This document shows positions 40,511 to 49,344 of a stretch of 64,000 nt of DNA, piece by piece. The DNA is taken from contig CAZQFB010000004.1 of NCBI GenBank assembly GCA_964592525.1, positions 1,195-65,194 on the forward strand, given 5' to 3'. Position numbers and translations under genes: made by a program. How positions within the stretch are numbered: the stretch's first letter is position 1; each line of letters opens with the position of its first letter. The DNA comes from an uncultured Candidatus Saccharibacteria bacterium (GTDB lineage Bacteria > Patescibacteriota > WWE3 > CAZQFB01). The notes under the pieces are model-generated. The model was given only the letters and a program-made list of their open reading frames with translations. It was not told the origin of the DNA and did not search any database.

Positions 40511-40757
40511 TTAGAGTGCTAGCACAGGTAGCGCTTTTTGAGCACTAAAGATCGGGTTTTCTTGGGTCATGTAGCTTCTCGTTGTATAATGCCTTTTACG
40601 GTTGAAGGAAGGTTGAGCTTTTGTAGCTTTCAATGCCGACTTGGTGCTTGTTCACGAAGTGAACAAGAGGCAGAGTCTAATTAATCCAGCTCTTTTATAA
40701 AAAGAGCTGGGTAGTGGGTTAATAATAAGCTGGTAAAAAGGGTTGAGAGTAGCTTAA

Positions 40758-40829
40758 GCGCCCGTAGCTCAGTGGTAGAGCACGACTCTTATAAAGTCGG
40801 GGTCCCTGGTTCGATCCCAGGTGGGCGCA
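40758..40829 (+). tRNA. tRNA-Ile (anticodon UAU)
   Basis: Manual cloverleaf. Acceptor GCGCCCG/TGGGCGC, D-arm GCTC-AGTGGTA-GAGC, anticodon stem CGACT/AGTCG with loop CTTATAA (anticodon TAT), T-arm CCTGG-TTCGATC-CCAGG, discriminator A. Confidence 0.8.
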
Positions 40830-40917
40830 CAGTATAGCGGGCAGTATAAAAGTTGAGAGCGATAATTTAATTTTCACACCAGAGTACTTTAAGCAAGTAA
40901 CTCTCTAGCCTCTGGAG

Positions 40918-43035
40918 GTGATTTCCACGAGTACTAATATTTGGTATGATAGTTATATGGCGTCGCCAGATATAGCTGCCCCAAAACTAACCAGTGATAC
41001 CAACGAAAAATTGGGTTTTCAAGAAAGAAAGCCCCCCTTAAAAATTGCTTCTTCTGCTTTACTGTTTATGTTGCTGCTTTTGATAGGTATTACTTATGTT
41101 ATTTACCAAAATGCAGACAAACCCGAAATTAAAGATCCTTCCTCCAAAGGTAGTAAGGTTAAGGTTGGTGAAAAATTTACGCTGCAACAATTTGCCAGTG
41201 AAGATGAGTACAAAGAATATCTTAAATCTTACGAGAATCAAAGAAATGCTCAAGATGGTTATGGCGTGCCTTTAATGAAGCAAACGGCTCCTTCCGTTAA
41301 CAGTGCGGTGCCTGTTCCTAGCACCACAGGAGCGTTAGAAGATTCTTCTCTTGGCGGTGGGGGAGGTCCTGGGCGAGTTTCGGAAACCAACGTCCAAGTG
41401 CTTGGTATTGATGAACCAGACATTGTCAAAACTGATGGGGAAAATATATTTCTTTCCAGTGAGTATTATCTATATAATTATGATCTTGGTCGGAAATATG
41501 AGGGGGGTTATGAGATTAACCCGGCAGAGGGTTATTCCCGAGAAAAAACCCAAATAATTAAAGCATTTCCTCCGGAAGCTTTGTCTAAAATTACTGATAT
41601 TGAAACGGCGGGGGAATTGTTATTAAGCCAAGACACCCTACTCGTTTTTTCTGGGGTAAATCTTTTAGCTTTTGATGTTTCTAATCCACAAGAACCACAA
41701 AAACAGTGGCAATTAAATTTTGAAGAAAGCCAAGAGATTGTAACTTCAAGATTATTTAACGATAAGTTGTATTTGGTGGCTCGTAAATTTGTCTCTTCTT
41801 ATGATCCGTGCCCTATCCCCTTGCTTGAAGGTGCAGAGGCTCTCAATATTTCTTGTACCGATATTTATTATCCCGATGTTACAACTGCTGTTTCTGACAG
41901 TACTTATACTGTGTTACAGGTAGATATAGCTACGGGAAAGGTCAAACAAAAAGTGTCTTTTGTGGGTAATGGCTATGATTCAGTTGTTTACATGTCTCCA
42001 CAGGCTTTTTATATCACCTATAACATGATTGATTCTTATAATGAAGTTACTTTAGACTTTTACGCTACAAAGCTAAACGATTTAATTCCGGCTGAATTGG
42101 TGAAACGTATTCAAGAGATTAAGGGGCTAAACATTAGTGCCACTGCCAAGATGGTGGAGGTGAATTATGAATTAAACAATTATCGTAATTCTCTTTCAGC
42201 TGATAGTAGTTTAGAGTTTGAAAATAACCTTACGAACCGTTTAGTTGATTACCTAAAAGAGCGGGTTCGAGATCTAGTGAGATCTGGTATTGTGCGCGTG
42301 ACTATAGAAGACTTTAAGGTAACTGCTTCGGTTATTGTACCCGGTTCGCCTCTCAATCAGTTTTCACTTGATGAATACGACGGCTATTTACGTTATGCCA
42401 CTAGTGCTAATGCTTGGAGCTTTGGTTCGGAAAATAGTACCAATGATGTTTACATTTTAGATCAGACCTTAAAAGTGGTCGGTCAGGTACAGGATTTGGG
42501 GTTAAGCGAAAGTATTTATTCGGTGCGTTTTATTAAGGAGAGAGGCTATGTAGTTACCTACCGTCAGATCGATCCTTTTTATGTGTTGGATTTATCTAAT
42601 CCCCAAAACCCACAACTTAAGGGAGAATTGAAAATACCTGGTTATTCTTCTTATCTTCATCCACTTGGCCAGGAGCGGATTTTAGGTATTGGTGAAGAGG
42701 GCAGGAATGTAAAAGTGTCTTTATTTAATGTTACGAACGCTTCTGAACCGCTTGAGGTAAGTAAATATGCTTTGGATGAGTATTGGAGTGAAGTATCCCA
42801 AACGCACCATGCCTTCTTGTTGGATGAGGAAAAAGAGATTTTCTTTATTCCCGGAAGTAAGGGTGGTTATATATTCACTTACGCCAAAGATAACTTATCG
42901 CTAGTGAAAGCGGTGAGTGCGTCTGGAGTAAGACGGGCTTTATATCTAGATGACTACTTATACCTTGTGGGGGATAGGGAAATTACGATTTGGGATGAGA
43001 ATACTTGGGATAAAGTAAACGAACTCACTTTGTAA
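40918..43035 (+). CDS. secreted beta-propeller domain protein (705 aa) with N-terminal membrane anchor
   Basis: N-terminal TM (ALLFMLLLLIGITYVIY). Repeated strand-rich motifs (VVTYRQIDPFYVLDLSNPQNPQ, KVSLFNVTNASEP, LYLVGDREITIWD) resemble the 'beta-propeller domain' family of secreted proteins. Confidence 0.55.
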   Translation: MISTSTNIWYDSYMASPDIAAPKLTSDTNEKLGFQERKPPLKIASSALLFMLLLLIGITYVIYQNADKPEIKDPSSKGSKVKVGEKFTLQQFASEDEYKEYLKSYENQRNAQDGYGVPLMKQTAPSVNSAVPVPSTTGALEDSSLGGGGGPGRVSETNVQVLGIDEPDIVKTDGENIFLSSEYYLYNYDLGRKYEGGYEINPAEGYSREKTQIIKAFPPEALSKITDIETAGELLLSQDTLLVFSGVNLLAFDVSNPQEPQKQWQLNFEESQEIVTSRLFNDKLYLVARKFVSSYDPCPIPLLEGAEALNISCTDIYYPDVTTAVSDSTYTVLQVDIATGKVKQKVSFVGNGYDSVVYMSPQAFYITYNMIDSYNEVTLDFYATKLNDLIPAELVKRIQEIKGLNISATAKMVEVNYELNNYRNSLSADSSLEFENNLTNRLVDYLKERVRDLVRSGIVRVTIEDFKVTASVIVPGSPLNQFSLDEYDGYLRYATSANAWSFGSENSTNDVYILDQTLKVVGQVQDLGLSESIYSVRFIKERGYVVTYRQIDPFYVLDLSNPQNPQLKGELKIPGYSSYLHPLGQERILGIGEEGRNVKVSLFNVTNASEPLEVSKYALDEYWSEVSQTHHAFLLDEEKEIFFIPGSKGGYIFTYAKDNLSLVKAVSASGVRRALYLDDYLYLVGDREITIWDENTWDKVNELTL

Positions 43036-43109
43036 GCTAATTTTTCTCTGATGTTTTTAGTCACACCCCCAGCTCTTTTTTTAAGATTGATATTTGATAT
43101 GATGGTATT

Positions 43110-43358
43110 ATGGAACTGCCCCCCGAAAAACGAGCTGAACTGATCAACTTTGTTAATGAGGCACGAACTGCCAAAAAGAAAGATAAAGAAATTCGCCAAT
43201 TATTGCTAAATGCTGGTTGGGTAGACGAGGTGATCATGCCTGTTTTAATTGAGACCAGGCCAAAATCAAGGATTTCGCCGGCGTCATTAACGGTATTTTT
43301 ATTGGCGGTAGTGTCTTTTACGGTTACGGGTATAATCATTTACCTAGCCCTGCGGTAA
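43110..43358 (+). CDS. hypothetical small membrane protein (82 aa)
   Basis: Charged N-terminus and a single C-terminal TM (LTVFLLAVVSFTVTGIIIYLAL). Weak support. Confidence 0.3.
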   Translation: MELPPEKRAELINFVNEARTAKKKDKEIRQLLLNAGWVDEVIMPVLIETRPKSRISPASLTVFLLAVVSFTVTGIIIYLALR

Positions 43359-43520
43359 ACTATGCCCTTTTGCTTGGGTTAGTAATTAATCGCTTTTTTG
43401 GATATTTTTAGGTTCTATACGCTGTTTATTACCATAGAGGTTTAAAAGCTCCTTTGGCTGGAAGCGCTTTATTTTATTGGGTTAGTGGTATACTGTACTT
43501 GGGCCTTTTTACTTGTGGTG

Positions 43521-43680
43521 TGGGGGTTTGTAGCTAAGTTGGTCAAGTCGCCCGAGGTACCTTGGGCTCATAGGTGTGTATCGTACCCCTTACACCTGTC
43601 CTTTATAATTAGGGCCCGCAGCTCACTTGGTAGACCTGCCCGAAGTGCCTTGGGCTCATAGGTAAGTGGTATCCTCGCAT
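43521..43680 (+). repeat. two tandem degenerate tRNA-like units (D-arm-like GTAGCTAAGTTGGTCAAGTC / GCAGCTCACTTGGTAGACCT, each followed by GCCCGA(G/A)GT(A/G)CCTTGGGCTCATAGG)
   Basis: Direct repeat of ~90 nt immediately upstream of tRNA-Ala. Resembles tRNA 5' halves (GTAGCTCAGTGGTAGAGC) but could not be folded into complete cloverleafs. Confidence 0.4.
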
Positions 43681-43752
43681 GGGGCTGTAGCTCAGTGGTA
43701 GAGCGTTCCGTTCGCAATGGAAAGGTCGGGGGTTCAACTCCCCCCAGCTCCA
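43681..43752 (+). tRNA. tRNA-Ala (anticodon CGC)
   Basis: Acceptor GGGGCTG/CAGCTCC with G3:U70 Ala identity pair. Anticodon stem TTCCG/TGGAA with loop TTCGCAA. T-arm GGGGG-TTCAACT-CCCCC. Discriminator A. Confidence 0.85.
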
Positions 43753-43824
43753 CGTGTACTTCGAGTTCCCTGCCTGCCGGCAGGCAGGGATTCTCGGTGA
43801 GTCCACATATAGGCAGGCGGGGCG

Positions 43825-43871
43825 CAACATTCGCATTGTTGAGGTCAGGAGTTCGATCCTCCTCGGGTCCA
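43825..43871 (+). repeat. orphan tRNA 3'-half fragment (Ala-like anticodon arm CAACA-TTCGCAT-TGTTG, T-arm AGGAG-TTCGATC-CTCCT, acceptor CGGGTCC-A)
   Basis: Canonical anticodon arm, T-arm and acceptor 3' strand, but no matching 5' acceptor or D-arm upstream. Lies between tRNA-Ala and the integrase gene. Preceded by the perfect 22-bp palindrome CCCTGCCTGCCGGCAGGCAGGG (43768..43789). Confidence 0.5.
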
Positions 43872-44050
43872 CACTGGTACTGGGCTGGTTGTTAATTTCA
43901 CAGTAAGGCAAGTGGGATGCAATATTAGTATGTTTGCAGTTAGGAATTTAACAGCAACGCTTTTTTCTTAAAGTAGCTCTTGCTTATATTATGGAAGACC
44001 GCACTTTTTGGAAGTTTGGGGAGGTTGTTATTTTCTACCCGTAGAATTTT

Positions 44051-44923
44051 TTAAAGCTCGTCAAGATCGACTTTTTCGTCTTCAATTTTGTCAATATATT
44101 GGAGATATTTTTCCGTAGTGGCTAATCTTTTATGTCCGGCTAATTTGGACACGACCACTAAACTGGTTCCCTTTTTCAGGTGATGGGCAATAAAGGTATG
44201 TCGTAAATCATTTACTTTAGCCCTTTCAATCCCCGCTAAACGGAAATAACGATCAATGGAGGTGCGGATGTTGCGCACTAATAAAGGATTACCAGTTTTC
44301 GTGACAAATAAAGCGGGATGGTTAGTGGTGGTACGCACTTCTAAATATTCACTGACAGCTTCTTGAGCAGCCCTGTTAAGTGGTATTTCTCGCCCCTCAC
44401 GGTTGTGTCCTCCAGGTACGGATACTGTCCCCGTAGCTTCCGCAGCTCCAAAATTGACATGACCGACTTCTAACTGGGCGAGTTCTCCGATGCGTACTCC
44501 GGTTTGTAGTAGTAACTCTACTACCGCTGAAGTGCGCTTATCATGACGACAAGCATCCCTTAAAGCCCGATACTCTAGCCGACTTAAAATCCGAGGTGGT
44601 TTAACGTCAAATTTAGGATGAGCAACTAAAGTGGCTGGATCCTCATTAATGTAACCACTGTTTTTTAAAAACTTGAAAAATGTTTTAGTGGAGTTGGTTT
44701 TTCGTGAGATACTTTTATTAGTAAACCCGCGTTGACGAAGAGAGTCCATAAAGGCGTTAATATCATCTTTAGTGACCTCTTTAGCTGTAACTTTACCATG
44801 TTTATTGAGAAACTCTATAAGTTGCTCAATATCTTTGCCATAGGCAACCACAGTCGCTTGAGAACGATTTTTATCTTCTAGATCTTGTATAAATTTTTGT
44901 CGCGCATCTAATAATTGGGTCAT
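44051..44923 (-). CDS. tyrosine recombinase, XerC/XerD family (site-specific integrase)
   Basis: N-terminal SAM-like core-binding domain. Catalytic region with conserved R...HxxR...Y (LRHTFIAHHL..., LAGHKRLATTEKYLQY). Confidence 0.8.
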   Translation of the reverse strand: MTQLLDARQKFIQDLEDKNRSQATVVAYGKDIEQLIEFLNKHGKVTAKEVTKDDINAFMDSLRQRGFTNKSISRKTNSTKTFFKFLKNSGYINEDPATLVAHPKFDVKPPRILSRLEYRALRDACRHDKRTSAVVELLLQTGVRIGELAQLEVGHVNFGAAEATGTVSVPGGHNREGREIPLNRAAQEAVSEYLEVRTTTNHPALFVTKTGNPLLVRNIRTSIDRYFRLAGIERAKVNDLRHTFIAHHLKKGTSLVVVSKLAGHKRLATTEKYLQYIDKIEDEKVDLDEL

Positions 44924-45053
44924 TATTTATTGTCCTTTAGGTTTTTACCACGATAGCTAGAAACTGTCAATAATATCTACTACAGGTTACATCTTAACAT
45001 AAAGAAGAATCTTTTTCACCCTGGCAATCTCACCTGCGTGCTAGAATGTATTT

Positions 45054-45407
45054 ATGCTTAGCCGGTTTAAAGTCTTGCTTGTTATTTTAGTATCGCTTTT
45101 TGCGATTTGGTGGTTTGGTCGACCCTTGGTTGAGGTTTATAAAAGGGTTTCCAGAATAGATACCTTAAGTTTTGAAGTGGCTACTCTGCGGTCAGAAAGA
45201 GATAAACTCTCTGCTGATTTAGAGTATTATCGGAGTTTGGCTTTTGTGGAAAAGGAGGCGCGGAATCGTTTTAATTTCTCTAGACCTGGGGAAACGGTCG
45301 TTATTGTACCAGAAGAAGGAGAAGATATCTTGGGAGAGCAGACCACCCACTTAGAGGAAAAGACTATAAGTAATTGGAAAGCATGGTATAACCTGTTTTT
45401 TGAGTAA
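45054..45407 (+). CDS. septum formation initiator family protein (FtsB/DivIC-like)
   Basis: N-terminal TM, coiled coil, and C-terminal motif YYRSLAFVEKEARNRFNFSRPGETVVIV typical of the FtsB/DivIC family. Confidence 0.55.
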   Translation: MLSRFKVLLVILVSLFAIWWFGRPLVEVYKRVSRIDTLSFEVATLRSERDKLSADLEYYRSLAFVEKEARNRFNFSRPGETVVIVPEEGEDILGEQTTHLEEKTISNWKAWYNLFFE

Positions 45408-45494
45408 TCTCTGTTGTCGTTATAGGTGTGTGTTTACTCATTATGGACGCAGTTGAAAATAGTCTTTTCAGCAGCTAAAATGGCTTGTGTTTAA

Positions 45495-45568
45495 GCCTGG
45501 GTAGCTCAGTTGGTTAGAGCACCGGACTCATAAACCGGAGATCGAGGGTTCGATCCCCTCCCCAGGTA
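45495..45568 (+). tRNA. tRNA-Met elongator or tRNA-Ile2 (anticodon CAT)
   Basis: TAGCTCAGTTGGTTAGAGC D-arm nearly identical to E. coli elongator tRNA-Met. Anticodon loop CTCATAA. T-arm GAGGG-TTCGATC-CCCTC. Acceptor GCCTGGG/CCCAGGT (G1:U72 wobble) and an A31:A39 mismatch lower confidence. Confidence 0.65.
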
Positions 45569-45755
45569 CGATCTTGACCTAAACACTTAATGGGTTTTGG
45601 TTATGGAGTAAAAAATTTTACTGCTTATACCTATTTATCCAGTCTGCTTGGGTTATGCCCCAAGTGTTTATAGACCGAGTTTTATTTATCGTAACCAGCT
45701 TTTAAGACTTGTCACTATGGTTTGCTCGTGTTAACCTTCTTACGGATTTAACTGC

Positions 45756-45828
45756 CGCCGGCGAGAGGAGCGGCTACCTCGTCAGGCTCATAACCTGAAG
45801 TTGCCCGGTTCGACTCCGGGGCCGGCAA
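45756..45828 (+). tRNA. initiator tRNA-fMet (anticodon CAT)
   Basis: C1:A72 mismatch (CGCCGGC/GCCGGCA). A11:U24 in D-stem (GAGG/CCTC). Anticodon stem TCAGG/CCTGA with loop CTCATAA. Close overall similarity to E. coli tRNA-fMet. Followed by CC. Confidence 0.8.
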
Positions 45829-46154
45829 CCTACTGTTGGTTGCTTTTTTAAACAGTTACTTAAGATATACCCCTTATGCTGTTGGTGGTTAGTTTTGCTT
45901 AAATGCTATTGACAGGGAATTTGTTTAGCTGTCATAGCCTCAATAGTAACGCTTGACGCATTTGGGTTAACCGAATATGTCTTTAGGGGATTGTCTGTGT
46001 GCTGCCAAAAACTTTTGCTCTTAGTATGTAACAGTGACTTGGGGGAGTTCATGACCATTATGGTAGTGTTGTTATTCGCTTAATATTAAATGCCTTTGGT
46101 CAGTAGACCTTTGCTAAGACTTGTTTTGTTGATTATAATTCCCCAGCATATCTT

Positions 46155-48164
46155 ATGACGATGGCAATGAAAATTAAGACTAAACCAATTAAGCCCACAG
46201 TTGGTAAAAATAAACCACTGTTCAAAACGAATATGAATGAGTTGAAAGGTCAAGCTAAGGAAAGGTCCTTGTTTTTTTATTTTTTAATTTCTCTTTTACT
46301 CTTAGGTTTTATTTTTAGCATGACTCCCCAAGACCCAACTCCCGAGGAACCGTTCTCCAGAGTTGCTTCCTTGATTAAGGAGGGGCAAGTTGAAGAGATA
46401 ATGGTCACAGGTGATCAACTACAGATAAAGCTTAAAGACGGTTCTAGTATTAAATCGCGCCGTGATTCTGTGGAAGGCTTGACCGAAACTTTCAATAATC
46501 TTGGGGTGGATATTGGTGGTGTCAAAATTATTTATGATGATCCAGCCAAAAACTCTTTTGTGAAGGATGTGTTGCTGACTTTTGGTCCGGTGCTTTTAAT
46601 TATTGTGCTCTTTTCCATAATCTTTCGTTCGGCGGGTAGGGGTGGGGCGGATGTATTTTCTTTTGGAAAATCCAGAGCGCGTATGTTTAACAAAGACAAC
46701 CCGCAAGTGAAATTTGCTAATGTGGGTGGGGCGGATGAGGCTAAGCATGAGTTGGAAGAAGTGGTGGATTTTCTCCGCAATCCCGGCAAATACCGCAAAT
46801 TGGGTGCCAGAATTCCCAAAGGTGTGTTGTTAGTTGGTCCAGCAGGTACCGGTAAAACACTGTTAGCCCGAGCGATTGCCGGTGAAGCGGAAGTACCTTT
46901 CTTTTCTATTGCCGGTAGTGAGTTTATGGAAATGTTGGTTGGCGTTGGCGCTTCCCGAGTACGTGATTTATTCAAAAATGCTAAAGAAAACGCACCGGCG
47001 CTCATATTTATTGATGAGGTTGAAAGCATTGGTCGCCAGCGCGGTTATGGTGTGGGTGGTGGCCATGATGAAAGGGAGCAGACCCTTAACCAGATTTTAG
47101 TGGAAATGGATGGCTTTGAGCCTAACACTAACGTGATTGTGTTAGCAGCCACCAACCGACCAGATTTATTGGATCCGGCATTGATTCGGGCGGGGCGGTT
47201 TGACCGCCGGGTTATGGTGGGGCTACCCGATATTGAAGGTCGAACCCAAATTATAGGTATTCATATGAAAGGTAAACCTTTTCATCAGGATGTAAGTGCG
47301 GAAGCGATTGCCCGTCGGACGGTCGGTTTTTCTGGGGCTGATTTGGAAAATATGCTTAATGAGGCAGCGATTTTAGCGGCTAGTGGGGGTAAAAAGGAAA
47401 TTGATCGGCATGATATTGATGAGGCGGCTACCAAGGTTAAATTGGGACCAGAAAAGAAGCGAATGCAAAGTGATGAAGCACGCAAGCTCACGGCGTGTCA
47501 TGAGGCAGGACATGCCGTAGTCATGCATTTATTACCCACCACCGATCCGGTTCACACGGTGTCTATTATTTCGCGGGGGATGGCGTTGGGTTTTACTCTC
47601 GCCCCACCATCGGTTGATCGCTACAACGAAACAAAAGAACGCTTGGAAGATATGATTACCTCTTACATGGGCGGTCGTGTCGCCGAGGAAATGGTTTGTG
47701 GTGAACAAAGTGTTGGTGCCAGTGACGATTTGGATAAAGCCACCGAAATAGCTAAGGCTATGGTGACTGAATATGGTATGAGTTCTTTGGGTCCGATCAG
47801 CTTTAAAAGTTATAACGAGGAAGGTATGTATGGCTATTTGGTCAGTGGTCCAAGTAATAAGATTAGTGAAGAATTAATGGCTAAGGTGGATAGTGAAATA
47901 AGTCAGATTTTGCATCAGGCATACGACAAGGCGAAGAAGTTGTTAAAAGGTAACACAGCTACGCTGGATCAGGTAATTGCCTATCTTTTGCAGCACGAAA
48001 CCTTAGATGCTGATGAGTTTGAAAAAATTATGGGGGGAGAAAAAAAGGTAAAAGGTGGGGTACCTCGGAGCGAGGGGGTAGTGATTGCTCCCGAGGCTCA
48101 TCCGCAGAAAGATAAAAGAGTAGCTCCGTCAGCTGGTGGGCAAAGAACGGAAGAGCAGGTTTAA
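46155..48164 (+). CDS. ftsH: ATP-dependent zinc metalloprotease FtsH
   Basis: AAA+ Walker A ([18 protein letters not shown]), Walker B (IIFIDEVE), SRH, and zinc-binding HEAGHAVV. Confidence 0.9.
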   Translation: MTMAMKIKTKPIKPTVGKNKPLFKTNMNELKGQAKERSLFFYFLISLLLLGFIFSMTPQDPTPEEPFSRVASLIKEGQVEEIMVTGDQLQIKLKDGSSIKSRRDSVEGLTETFNNLGVDIGGVKIIYDDPAKNSFVKDVLLTFGPVLLIIVLFSIIFRSAGRGGADVFSFGKSRARMFNKDNPQVKFANVGGADEAKHELEEVVDFLRNPGKYRKLGARIPKGVLLVGPAGTGKTLLARAIAGEAEVPFFSIAGSEFMEMLVGVGASRVRDLFKNAKENAPALIFIDEVESIGRQRGYGVGGGHDEREQTLNQILVEMDGFEPNTNVIVLAATNRPDLLDPALIRAGRFDRRVMVGLPDIEGRTQIIGIHMKGKPFHQDVSAEAIARRTVGFSGADLENMLNEAAILAASGGKKEIDRHDIDEAATKVKLGPEKKRMQSDEARKLTACHEAGHAVVMHLLPTTDPVHTVSIISRGMALGFTLAPPSVDRYNETKERLEDMITSYMGGRVAEEMVCGEQSVGASDDLDKATEIAKAMVTEYGMSSLGPISFKSYNEEGMYGYLVSGPSNKISEELMAKVDSEISQILHQAYDKAKKLLKGNTATLDQVIAYLLQHETLDADEFEKIMGGEKKVKGGVPRSEGVVIAPEAHPQKDKRVAPSAGGQRTEEQV

Positions 48165-48180
48165 AAGTTAGTAGGTTCTA

Positions 48181-48294
48181 GGTATAAGGTATTAGTTTGA
48201 ATACCCTTTTTTTCGTAAATTCATTGAGCACTTGTCATATACAGAAAAGCAAAGGCCCGGTATGCAAGTGGGCATTTGCTTGCCTTACCGGGCT
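48181..48294 (+). repeat. ~115-bp repeat, copy 1 (terminator hairpin + conserved spacer + long GC hairpin GCCCGGTA..TACCGGGC)
   Basis: Direct repeat of copy 2 at 48838..48956 with a few mismatches. Homology extends a further ~20 nt upstream, into the last codons of ftsH. Confidence 0.6.
48188..48213 (+). terminator. intrinsic terminator after ftsH: GGTATT-agtttg-AATACC followed by CTTTTTTT
   Basis: Hairpin plus U-run 24 nt after the ftsH stop. Forms the start of repeat copy 1. Confidence 0.5.
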
Positions 48295-48837
48295 TTGGAT
48301 CATTAGTAATGATCGTTGAGCTGGACTAGGATCCAGAAGACCACTCCTCCGGAAAAGAATATTCCTGGCAGGATTGAAGCTGGTATCTCTGTTGTGTTAC
48401 AAGATACCGTGATCATGACGGATATTGCTCCAACCAACACACTGGCGAAGACTAGATCCCAATGGCTTTTGAGGGTGCTTTTGAGCCTGACCCAACAGCT
48501 ACCCCTCTCCAACCTGGGCTCTTCACAGTGAGTGTATCCCATTTTCACTTTATCCTCTCTTTATCTCCAACCAGGCAATGTTTTAGTGGGTGAAGCAAAG
48601 GTCTTGTTTATCTCTTAAGTAAACATCTGCCGGAACCAGGCCTTGAGCAGAAGACAGAAGTACCTCCAACGCTTGTAGTTGGTGAGCGGTTCACCACCGC
48701 CATCAGTGTAGGCAGTGTTTCCCATGGCGATTACCTTTCTGTTAACGGTGCGGTTAATGGCTGGATTGTAGCATGGATGCTCGGTGACTGCGAAATCTTG
48801 TGGGCTAGTTGATTAGTGAACAGAAGAACGGGTTTGA

Positions 48838-48956
48838 GGTATTAGGTATTAGTTTGAATACCCTTTTTCTTACATTAATTAATCATTGAGCAAATTACAT
48901 TTTCAAAAAAGCAAAGGCCCGGTGTGCAAGTGGGCATTTGCTTGCCTTACCGGGCT
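48838..48956 (+). repeat. ~115-bp repeat, copy 2
   Basis: GGTATTAGGTATTAGTTTGAATACCCTTTTT...AAAGCAAAGGCCCGGTGTGCAAGTGGGCATTTGCTTGCCTTACCGGGCT is near-identical to copy 1. Confidence 0.6.
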
Positions 48957-49344
48957 GAACGTTTACTCACCTTCTCTATACTTTATGCGGTCACGAGGGG
49001 GGGTTATTTTATCCCTAGATCTTCCCTCCAGACCCTCCAGTACGTCTCGAAAGCCCCCGCCGTTGCGTGTCTCATGCAATCTGGTTTACCACAGCAAGCC
49101 ATAGAAGTACCCCCTGACGGAAGCCTGGGGTCGTTCTGGGGTCCGCGGGCACAAGCCTTCAGGGTTGCTTTCCCCCCGCAATATCTACATGGGACATTAT
49201 CTTCATAATCAGCAGGAGCCTCGAACCAGAATGAGTGTACCGCTTTGGGTACCTCAATCCCCATCACCTTCATTTGTCTTTCCCTTCATTGGTTTCTCGC
49301 GGGTGGTTGTGCGAAATAATACCACATCTTGTTACAATTTGATT

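Noticed and set aside
43521-43680. Possibility that the two upstream tRNA-like units are intact (intron-containing) tRNA genes
   Set aside because: No complete cloverleaf (acceptor pairing, T-arm) could be built by hand for either unit. Kept only as degenerate tRNA-like repeats. A covariance-model scan would be decisive.
43568-43911. Three ORFs (43568..43753 -, 43609..43911 -, 43695..43895 +) overlapping the tRNA cluster
   Set aside because: Translations such as GVEPPTFPLRTERSTTEL are the classic artefact of translating tRNA genes. The region is explained by tRNA-Ala and tRNA-like fragments.
46532-47029. 165-aa minus-strand ORF
   Set aside because: Antisense within ftsH. Shadow ORF.
48181-48956. 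CRISPR array interpretation of the two ~115-bp direct repeats
   Set aside because: Only two copies, far too long for CRISPR repeats, spacer ~540 bp, no cas genes. Better explained as a local duplication containing the ftsH terminator.
49165-49344. Track start (49165) for the 5'-3' exonuclease giving a 60-aa N-terminal extension
   Set aside because: The extension (MLSPRNIYMGHYLHNQQEPRTRMSV...) is non-homologous and runs through a GC-rich non-coding region. The conserved exonuclease N-terminus begins at MKRLVLVD (49345).
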